Assembly (NCBI GenBank): GCA_009784275.1 | Contig: WRCA01000003.1 | Location: 38,817 to 70,816 of the forward strand | DNA length: 32,000 bases | Direction: 5' to 3' | Source of the DNA: Alphaproteobacteria bacterium | Lineage (GTDB): Bacteria; Pseudomonadota; Alphaproteobacteria; Rs-D84 | Shown: piece by piece, positions 25,062 through 31,903 of the stretch | Layout: each line of letters starts with the position of its first letter | Position numbering within the stretch: the first letter of the stretch is position 1 | Translations under genes and position numbers: made by a program | The notes under the pieces: model-generated | Seen by the model: only the letters and a program-made list of their open reading frames with translations | Databases searched by the model: none | Told to the model about the DNA's origin: nothing

Positions 25062-25556
25062 ATGAAAAAATTGATATTTGGTGTTTTTCTATCTTTTTTG
25101 TGTGCTTGTGCTCATGTTGAGCATGATATTGAAAATATAAAACCCAATGAAGCTGGATTTGATGATAGTTTTGTAAACAAAATTTTCAGTATTTCTTGCA
25201 AGGGTACCGATGGTGCCGACCCAAAAGACGTTAGCACAAAATGTCGAGAATATGCTTCTAAATTTGCCTTTGAAAAAGGATATTCGTATTTTTCTGTGTT
25301 GGACGAAAATAGTGGTTCTAATAAATCCATTGGAAGTTACACAACTACAACCCCAGTAACTACATATTCCAACAGCGGTGGACACTACGCCTATGGATAT
25401 GGGACATCAACCACATATGTTCCGCAAACACATATTTACAGCACGACAAGCCACTATAAAAACTATGCATTCGTTCTGATAAATGAAAATGAATTAAAAC
25501 AATGGAAAAATTATTTCAAGGTTTCGGATTATTATATCCCAAAAGAATCACAATAA
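25062..25556 (+). CDS. lipoprotein, Thr/Tyr/Ser-rich C-terminal half (hypothetical)
   Basis: 164 aa starting MKKLIFGVFLSFLCAC|AH (lipobox). It contains a low-complexity stretch, YTTTTPVTTYSNSGGHYAYGYGTSTTYVPQTHIYSTTSHY. GC is about 30 percent in the first 100 nt by hand count. Its 3' end overlaps convergent rluD by 9 nt. Confidence 0.75.
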   Translation: MKKLIFGVFLSFLCACAHVEHDIENIKPNEAGFDDSFVNKIFSISCKGTDGADPKDVSTKCREYASKFAFEKGYSYFSVLDENSGSNKSIGSYTTTTPVTTYSNSGGHYAYGYGTSTTYVPQTHIYSTTSHYKNYAFVLINENELKQWKNYFKVSDYYIPKESQ

Positions 25557-26501
25557 GCTTTGCAGCTCTTTCATGTCTTCCGGCAGTTTTGCTTTGAATT
25601 TCATCTGCTCGCCAGTTGTGGGATGTACGAATTCCAGAACTTCGGCATGCAACATCTGTCCTTGATGAGTCTTTAAAAATTCCAAAAGTTCAGGATTTTT
25701 CACACTGCCTAGGCGTGCATTCCCGCGGCCGTACAAAGGATCACATACAACCGGAAAGCCGTGCGCGGAAAGGTGCACACGAATCTGATGTGTTCGGCCC
25801 GTGAACAAAGTGCATCGCATTTTCGAAATGCCCGCATCAGTCCAAACATTTAAAACCTCTGCCAGTGTCTTTGCTTCTTTTCCCCCGCGATTAAGCATAG
25901 ACATCTTTTGCCGATTGCGTGTTGACCGGCCAATATTGCCTTCTATATCTGCCTCTGTCCAATTCGGAACACCCCAAACAAAGGCAATATATTTCCGAGT
26001 TAAATCATGTTCAGCAAAAACCTTTACCAGCGCACGAAATGCCGTATCAGACTTTGCCAAAATAACAACCCCGCTGGTGTCTTTATCAAGGCGATGCACA
26101 ACCCCCGGCCGTAATTCACCGCCCAATATTGACAATTTCGTATGCGCTAAAACGCTGTGGACCAAGGTATCAGCCTCTCGCCCCGCCCCTGGATACATTG
26201 CAACGCCGCGTGGTTTGTTTACCACAATAACATCATCATCTTCAAACAAAATTTCTAATTTAATAGAAGAAGAGGTATCAAATACAAAAGAAGTCGTAGA
26301 TGTTTTTTCTGGAATGATTACCTCGACAACATCGCCTTCTCTTAATTTAGCCGATAATTTTACTTCTTTTTGATTTTGCTTTATTTCGAATTTTTGAATT
26401 TCGTTGCGGGAAAATTCCGGCATTTTCAAAGCTAAAAATTTATCAAGCCGCAAACCAATATCAGATTCCATGGCGGTAAAAATTCTTGGCTGCTCATTCA
26501 T
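25548..26501 (-). CDS. rluD: RluA-family 23S rRNA pseudouridine synthase (RluD-like)
   Basis: 317 aa. N-terminal S4-like region (RLDKFLA). Catalytic motif HRLDKDTSGVVILAKS, plus TGRTHQIRVHL. Confidence 0.92.
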   Translation of the reverse strand: MNEQPRIFTAMESDIGLRLDKFLALKMPEFSRNEIQKFEIKQNQKEVKLSAKLREGDVVEVIIPEKTSTTSFVFDTSSSIKLEILFEDDDVIVVNKPRGVAMYPGAGREADTLVHSVLAHTKLSILGGELRPGVVHRLDKDTSGVVILAKSDTAFRALVKVFAEHDLTRKYIAFVWGVPNWTEADIEGNIGRSTRNRQKMSMLNRGGKEAKTLAEVLNVWTDAGISKMRCTLFTGRTHQIRVHLSAHGFPVVCDPLYGRGNARLGSVKNPELLEFLKTHQGQMLHAEVLEFVHPTTGEQMKFKAKLPEDMKELQSLL

Positions 26502-26964
26502 TCCAATTTTTGCCCTTGGTGCAATCCTGTAATTTTATGGTGATGTTTCGCCCTTTGCCGGATGGAATATCGCAGATAATTATCCCCGTGGTAGTATTTT
26601 GAAATGCATCGCGTGGAACTTCGCGCCAAGCAAAGCGCACTTGTTCTGGCCGTTGCACACAACTTAATCCCATGGATGCATTACTATCCAGCGCAGCGGT
26701 TCTTGACGGGGAAATCCACTGACGCGCGTCTTCCGCCTGACCTGTGCATGGGAATGAATCCAAGAAATATATTTCCATGCCCCTGGACCCGATAGAGTTA
26801 TCGCGCACAAAACTCAAATTAAATTGCGCATAACGCAGCCCTGTAACGCTTTCCCAATCTGTGCTGGTTGAAAACACGCGCGGACAGAGGGTTCCCGGGG
26901 ACGCCGCATTGACCGAAAAAATAAAAAGAGAGAAAAAGAGAAAAAGAGAAAAAAATCTATTCAT
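26494..26964 (-). CDS. small secreted Cys-containing protein (hypothetical)
   Basis: 156 aa starting MNRFFSLFLFFSLFIFSVNA|ASP (signal peptide). The mature part has six Cys. The start is 3 nt after the upstream stop, and the stop overlaps the rluD start by 8 nt (ATGAATGA). Confidence 0.7.
   Translation of the reverse strand: MNRFFSLFLFFSLFIFSVNAASPGTLCPRVFSTSTDWESVTGLRYAQFNLSFVRDNSIGSRGMEIYFLDSFPCTGQAEDARQWISPSRTAALDSNASMGLSCVQRPEQVRFAWREVPRDAFQNTTTGIIICDIPSGKGRNITIKLQDCTKGKNWNE
26930..26953. repeat. three perfect tandem copies of GAGAAAAA inside a 33 nt all-purine tract
   Basis: 26930..26937, 26938..26945 and 26946..26953 are each GAGAAAAA. The surrounding tract 26923..26955 is purine-only. 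On the minus strand it encodes the FSLFLFFSLF part of the signal peptide of the 26494..26964 gene. Confidence 0.7.
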
Positions 26965-26967
26965 GTT

Positions 26968-27450
26968 TTATTCCTTAAATTCCACTCCGATTTTCGAAGC
27001 ACGGACCGGCGTATCTTTAACTGTTACCGAAAAAGAAATTGATTCGCCTGCATCCAATAAAGGCGCTGGTGGTGGGAAAACCTGCGAGGATAACTCCGCC
27101 CCGTTTGCATCCTTTAATACAACAACAACATCAGGCACGCCATTTAATTTGTCCGACTTGTTGGCTATAACGCCAGAAACAACCATGCCGTCAGCCGTCA
27201 TAACAGCAGAGTCCATTTTAATGCCCAACGGTCCTTGTGTTTCGCGCGGCATGTAACGCACTACGGCGATAAATGACAGCACTGCCAAAACCAAAATCGC
27301 GCAAGCCAGCATAAAAATCCAAATACGCGAATTACGGCGCGGCCGGCTCTCGCGCCAAACATGACCACAAACCGCACATTCAAAACTGCGCGCACCATTG
27401 GCATCCTTAACCGAGTATTCTACTTTGCAAAAAGGACAAACTGTTTTCAT
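26968..27450 (-). CDS. MJ0042-type zinc-ribbon membrane protein with DUF3426-like periplasmic domain
   Basis: 160 aa. The N-terminal zinc ribbon is CPFCKVEYSV...FECAVCGHVW, followed by one TM (IWIFMLACAILVLAVLSFIAVV). A beta-rich domain follows (VVSGVIANKSDKLNGVPDVVVVLKDANGAELSSQVFPPPAPLLDAGESISFSV), as in DUF3426 proteins. The start is 5 nt after the upstream stop. Confidence 0.8.
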   Translation of the reverse strand: MKTVCPFCKVEYSVKDANGARSFECAVCGHVWRESRPRRNSRIWIFMLACAILVLAVLSFIAVVRYMPRETQGPLGIKMDSAVMTADGMVVSGVIANKSDKLNGVPDVVVVLKDANGAELSSQVFPPPAPLLDAGESISFSVTVKDTPVRASKIGVEFKE

Positions 27451-27455
27451 GGGAT

Positions 27456-28772
27456 CTATTGTACACCGTATTTGATCATATTCAAGCCATTATATTTTTG
27501 GCGAACTCGATTCTGTATATCATTCAAAGCCCTGACAAAGTCGGAAACTGTCGCATTGCTGTTTGCTGAAACTTTTCCCATTATATCTTCGGTGACGGTC
27601 TTTGATGCTTTTGATTCGGATTTAACGGCATCCTTCATCATCTTATTTAATATCGCAAAAGAAGAATCATGAAATACCGCGGTATCAGATCGAAAATCCC
27701 AAAAATATCCGGGGTTTTCAGAATCCTCTACTTTTTCGGATACGGATAGCCTGGGTGCGATCGTACCCGCATAGCCAACTGTTATGCTGCGCGCAGTTAC
27801 GCGTCCGCGAACCATATCTATGGTCTGATTAACCCTTAATAATGCCGGTTTTTCCGAACCGCTTATGCTTAATCCCGATAGAGTCAAATCCCGCACCCAC
27901 AATTCTCCCGCATCCAGCCTGGAAAGTCGCGCAGTCGAATTCAGATACAGCTCTGTCCCGACTTCCATACTTCTTGAATCTGATGTTAGCGAGCCGGATA
28001 CAAGCGCTTCGCCAGACACGGCGAAAAAAGTATCCCAATTCGGACGCGGGCTGATCTGAACCTTGCGCGCATTGATAAAACCAGCCTTCATAATCTCTTT
28101 AAATTCTGCATTGTACGCATCAACCAAACCTGCTTCTTTTATATTGTATCCGCCCAAGGAAAGATCTGACAACATAGTGGCATCCGCAGAATCGGGAGAT
28201 GGCAATCGCCACAAGAAATCGCCCCCGGATAAAATAGTGCCAGTGCTTTCCACTATCGCGTCTTTGCCGAATTTTACATCAAATACATTTGTCTTGCTGC
28301 GCCAAGTACCGAATGCACCGTATGCTTCGGATTTTTCGACAAAGCCTGTGGATTCTCCGCCCAACTCTGCAATTTCACGCGTACGAACAGGGGAAATATT
28401 TTCGGAATCAAATACCACCAATCCCGACAGAACTGCACGACCGCCGCGATCCCGGGATTTGAGTATGCGCGCTTGGAATCTGTTATATTCCTTGGGCAAT
28501 GTGCCAAATTCTTTTAAGTCGCTTATTCGGACACGCGTTATGGTGGCACCGATCGGGGTCAGTAATTCCCGCTTATGCAGCTCCATATATTTTTCCAAAG
28601 CATCGCGCACCGATCCGATATCCCGCGCTATGCGAACATTCTCGGCACGTATGGTGCGGGTATCCATTTCACGCAATACAAACGGCAATGCAGCGGCGGC
28701 AATCGCAAGCGACAGCAGAATTTCTACCATCATGCTGCCACGTTGATAAAAATTATTTTTTCTCGCCCTCAT
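27456..28772 (-). CDS. large type IV prepilin-like protein, paralogue 3 of 3 (possible PilV-like minor pilin/adhesin)
   Basis: ORF 27456..28784 (TTG). I prefer ATG 28772, which overlaps the upstream stop in an ATGA and has a GGAAG SD. The N-terminus is MRARKNNFYQRG|SMMVEILLSLAIAAAALPF, with Glu at +5 after the putative cleavage Gly. 438 aa, no Cys. Confidence 0.8.
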   Translation of the reverse strand: MRARKNNFYQRGSMMVEILLSLAIAAAALPFVLREMDTRTIRAENVRIARDIGSVRDALEKYMELHKRELLTPIGATITRVRISDLKEFGTLPKEYNRFQARILKSRDRGGRAVLSGLVVFDSENISPVRTREIAELGGESTGFVEKSEAYGAFGTWRSKTNVFDVKFGKDAIVESTGTILSGGDFLWRLPSPDSADATMLSDLSLGGYNIKEAGLVDAYNAEFKEIMKAGFINARKVQISPRPNWDTFFAVSGEALVSGSLTSDSRSMEVGTELYLNSTARLSRLDAGELWVRDLTLSGLSISGSEKPALLRVNQTIDMVRGRVTARSITVGYAGTIAPRLSVSEKVEDSENPGYFWDFRSDTAVFHDSSFAILNKMMKDAVKSESKASKTVTEDIMGKVSANSNATVSDFVRALNDIQNRVRQKYNGLNMIKYGVQ

Positions 28773-30016
28773 TTCGTCTTCCAATCGCTCGATATTATTG
28801 GCCCAAATTCTTCAATTTTCGGCGCATCTAATGTTGTGCTTAAATCATCGCTTGAAATCTTTCGCAGAACGATCCCGGAAAATTTCGGACCACGTTCCGA
28901 AGGAAAAATCCACGCGCCCAGCTTAATCGGGTTCATACTGGTGGAATACATAAGCTCGCTGGATATGGTCATGCCAAATCCTCCGGCGAAAAATAATTGT
29001 TCTGTACTGACAAATGGAGTCGCCAAAACATGCGCGCGAATTCCCGCAAAACCTGACATAGTTCGAATGCTGTCCGATTTCAGTACCAAGTCGCGCTGGA
29101 CATGTACAGGCCCCGTAACATTAACGCTGTCGACAACCACATCGCCCTTTTGCGACCAAACAGTGCCGGTTGCCCCGGTGAATTTCTTTGCGACGATCCT
29201 CCTGAATCCGCTGATATCGCCACTTACACGGACAGACGCCAGCGTGGCTTTCGAAGGATCGATAGATGCGCCATCGGGGAAATAAGCATCCAACGCACGA
29301 ACCTCTGGCGTTTCGGCAAACCAGATATTCGCATTATTTGCCTTTATGTTTTTCGCAAAGACCGTGCCAACACCCACCATATTCTTCTTTGCCATATTCA
29401 AATCGCGGAACATAGTGTTCATGTCAGGGTCATCAAGGTAAGTCCTGTGCAAATACCTGCTCGCTTCATCTTCGCCCAGAATATCTGAAATTCTGAAAAT
29501 CAAATCGCCGGGTGAAAAAAGATCTGAAGAAATGCTCCATCCTGCGGGACTTACTGCTTCGTTGTTTAACGCGACTATGGCTGCATCGGACCCAATATTC
29601 TTCGCAATGTTTAAAACCCTAACTTCTGAAATATTTTCGGGCCTAAAAGCCAGATAAGCATTAATCATCGCGCCACCCTTGGCCGCGCGCTTTTCTATAA
29701 ACCCGGCATATGGATGTAGCATCCGTCCGGATATACTATTTTCCGAATTCTGTTCGCGAATTAAATCAACCTCGCCCTCATCGAATTCCACTTCGGCATT
29801 ATCGGGCCAGTCGGCTTGATTCCTGCGAACATAAGCCATTATAGGATCGCTCCATTCGGATATTCTCCTTGCTTCCGATGCGTCTACTATGCTGTTGCTC
29901 ATCTCCATCACGCCGTTATAAGCGAATGGCAAAATCGCGCCAATGATGGCGATTGCCAGCAGAACTTCCATCAGTCCTGCTCCGCGCTGCTGCCTCTGAA
30001 AATTACGAGCACTCAT
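28769..30016 (-). CDS. large type IV prepilin-like protein, paralogue 2 of 3
   Basis: ORF 28769..30046 (GTG). I prefer ATG 30016, which overlaps the upstream TGA stop (ATGA, 30016..30013). The N-terminus is MSARNFQRQQRG|AGLMEVLLAIAIIGAILPF, with Glu at +5. 415 aa, no Cys. Confidence 0.8.
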   Translation of the reverse strand: MSARNFQRQQRGAGLMEVLLAIAIIGAILPFAYNGVMEMSNSIVDASEARRISEWSDPIMAYVRRNQADWPDNAEVEFDEGEVDLIREQNSENSISGRMLHPYAGFIEKRAAKGGAMINAYLAFRPENISEVRVLNIAKNIGSDAAIVALNNEAVSPAGWSISSDLFSPGDLIFRISDILGEDEASRYLHRTYLDDPDMNTMFRDLNMAKKNMVGVGTVFAKNIKANNANIWFAETPEVRALDAYFPDGASIDPSKATLASVRVSGDISGFRRIVAKKFTGATGTVWSQKGDVVVDSVNVTGPVHVQRDLVLKSDSIRTMSGFAGIRAHVLATPFVSTEQLFFAGGFGMTISSELMYSTSMNPIKLGAWIFPSERGPKFSGIVLRKISSDDLSTTLDAPKIEEFGPIISSDWKTK

Positions 30017-31485
30017 TTGCAATTTCGACGACCTTCCTCTATGCACTGTTTCATATTTATCCGACGTTCCAAACGCTGCCAGAAAATATATTGGCAGACA
30101 ATATTTTGAGCGACTGATTTTTGTTCATATGACGGCATGCCGGGCAAACTGGTTATGATTGTTTTGCAGCTAACTGTCGTACTGTCATCGCCTTCTGGAT
30201 TTTTTAATATATCTATCTTGTCATTATTGATGGAGTCCAGCAAAATATCCGGCAGAACAGAAACTCCGCTGGGCCGAATATCAAGAAGAATTGCGCCAGT
30301 ATCGCCGGACGCCAGAGCGCTGGAAATCTGATCGCGCAATGTCAGATAAGCCGCAGATATAGTCCTGGTTTCTATACCACTTCTCGCGGAATAACTTATT
30401 TCGTTCTGGTCGATAAAAACATCTTGTCCGCGCGAAGCATTTATAAATCCTGATATTTCCATCATCTCGGTATTCAGCGACACATTGTTTAAAATAACAT
30501 CCCCACCAACATCCCAGTCATAAGAACCGGTGAACCCGGCGCGCCCCACTGCCATGGTTAAAGAGTTCAATGATACACTCTCTGCCTCTATACTTCCGGG
30601 CAGGCCATATTTAAAAATAGAATAAGTCGATACCAGTTTCGAACGCAGGTCTCCGCGCGTTATATTCAAAGCGCCAGAACCTTCTCGGGATTGAAATACC
30701 GCCTTGCTAACGGACAGCAGTTCTATCTTGTTCTTGAACCTGCGGTCGGTGCTGGAACCGGAAATCGCCAAGGTTCCAAAATCTGCAAAATCAACTTCTG
30801 CATTCTTTGCCGAAAAAGAAGATATATTTTTTATCGTATAACCGCCCATATCCAAATCGGTATGAAATCTGTTTCTTTCGGGATCGTTTGCATTGCGCCT
30901 GATTAGTTCGGAGAAATCATCGTCTGACGGGATTAGAACATAAAAGGCTTCCTTATCGGGCTTGATTTTAAAGTCTTTCAGATTCTTCTCCCACCCGCCT
31001 ATGCCATGCAGAATACCATCCTTGCCCGAATCCGCGGCATCAGGCCCGATACGAGCCATCAGCTCACGCCGCTTTTGCGGGGACAGATTCCCGCCACGAA
31101 TGACCAGCAGCACCAAAGCTTCGCCATTGTCGTTTTTCGACGCGATCATTGATATCTTCTGCCCTTGCGCGGTCTGGGGGACAAAGCCCAGCGGTAAACC
31201 AAAGGGTTCCAGCAAGTCGGAGAGTGCTTCGCCATTCAGGGAAGATACGCCATATTTGATATTATCTTTGTTGAATCGCACAAAAACGCGGGCAGCACGA
31301 GCAGCATTATTTATATGCTGGGCAGAAACAGAAAGCCCCAGATCACTCTTTCGGGTCGCCAGCTTTTGCGCCAGCATAGGCATAAAGGCCATTACCAGGG
31401 CGATTGCCAGCAGCGCCTGCAATAAAAAATTTCCGCGGCTCTGTTCTGACAAAACAACCCCTCCTACACTCACCATCATAGCCAT
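30013..31485 (-). CDS. large type IV prepilin-like protein, paralogue 1 of 3 (Gln at +5; C-terminal Cys pairs)
   Basis: 490 aa from ATG 31485. The N-terminus is MAMMVSVGGVVLSEQSRG|NFLLQALLAIALVMAFMP. An alternative start is TTG 31452, preceded by a perfect AGGAGG (31465..31460) at 7 nt, which would give a 7 aa leader, MSEQSRG. Four Cys lie in the last ~55 residues. Confidence 0.8.
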   Translation of the reverse strand: MAMMVSVGGVVLSEQSRGNFLLQALLAIALVMAFMPMLAQKLATRKSDLGLSVSAQHINNAARAARVFVRFNKDNIKYGVSSLNGEALSDLLEPFGLPLGFVPQTAQGQKISMIASKNDNGEALVLLVIRGGNLSPQKRRELMARIGPDAADSGKDGILHGIGGWEKNLKDFKIKPDKEAFYVLIPSDDDFSELIRRNANDPERNRFHTDLDMGGYTIKNISSFSAKNAEVDFADFGTLAISGSSTDRRFKNKIELLSVSKAVFQSREGSGALNITRGDLRSKLVSTYSIFKYGLPGSIEAESVSLNSLTMAVGRAGFTGSYDWDVGGDVILNNVSLNTEMMEISGFINASRGQDVFIDQNEISYSARSGIETRTISAAYLTLRDQISSALASGDTGAILLDIRPSGVSVLPDILLDSINNDKIDILKNPEGDDSTTVSCKTIITSLPGMPSYEQKSVAQNIVCQYIFWQRLERRINMKQCIEEGRRNCK

Positions 31486-31493
31486 TTGAAAAA

Positions 31494-31524
31494 ATTATTG
31501 CAATTGATTTTCAGGCAGTGTAAA
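31494..31524 (-). promoter_or_regulatory. weak candidate promoter for the prepilin-like operon
   Basis: Minus strand: TTTACA (31524..31519) and AATAAT (31499..31494). The spacer is 19 nt, which is longer than ideal. It lies in the only sizeable intergenic gap (31486..31597) upstream of the operon. Confidence 0.2.
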
Positions 31525-31597
31525 CTATACAAAGTAACAGGATTATTTTGATGTTTTCCTGTGATTATTTTCCACTATTTAATAAGAAAGACTAACT

Positions 31598-31891
31598 ATG
31601 CAAAACAATAATAATAAAAAGCAAATGTCCGTTGGGCTTATGATCCAGCGATGCCACCGCTGGCGCCAAAAGCGCAAGCAATACATGGACCAAGCGCGGC
31701 AAACACCGGACGAGATAGAGCGCGAGCGTATTCTGCAAATGGCGGAACACTATGGAAGGATAGTGAATGAAGAGCAATCCAAGATAGACACGTCGCGTGA
31801 TCCAAGGGATAAATCTTTCACACGGGAAGAGCCTGATGAAAAGCTGGACGACGAAGATGGCGGCTTTCCTGATTTCATTTCACAGTTGTAA
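31598..31891 (+). CDS. small charged protein, DUF4167-like (hypothetical)
   Basis: 97 aa. QYMDQARQTPDEIERERILQMAEHYGRI resembles the Y..LAR.A...GD....E...QHAEHY.RI core that I recall for DUF4167 proteins of Alphaproteobacteria. The tail is acidic. Confidence 0.6.
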   Translation: MQNNNNKKQMSVGLMIQRCHRWRQKRKQYMDQARQTPDEIERERILQMAEHYGRIVNEEQSKIDTSRDPRDKSFTREEPDEKLDDEDGGFPDFISQL

Positions 31892-31903
31892 GGGGGCGTA
31901 ACG

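Noticed and set aside
28063-29285. Plus-strand ORFs of 227 and 236 aa (28063..28746, 28575..29285) antisense to the pilin-like genes
   Set aside because: They are Ser/Arg/Pro-rich shadow ORFs with no start context. The minus-strand genes have coherent paralogous structure and ATGA coupling.
27456-31485. Shufflon-type inversion repeats (sfx-like 19 bp inverted repeats) within or between the PilV-like genes
   Set aside because: I could not find matching inverted repeats at the 3' ends by eye, and all three genes are intact and on the same strand. A computed dot plot is needed for a definitive answer.
31536-31566. Small hairpin ACAGGA-N14-TCCTGT in the serS-side intergenic region
   Set aside because: The stem is only 6 bp with a large AT-rich loop and no flanking T-run. 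This is not enough to call a terminator or riboswitch.
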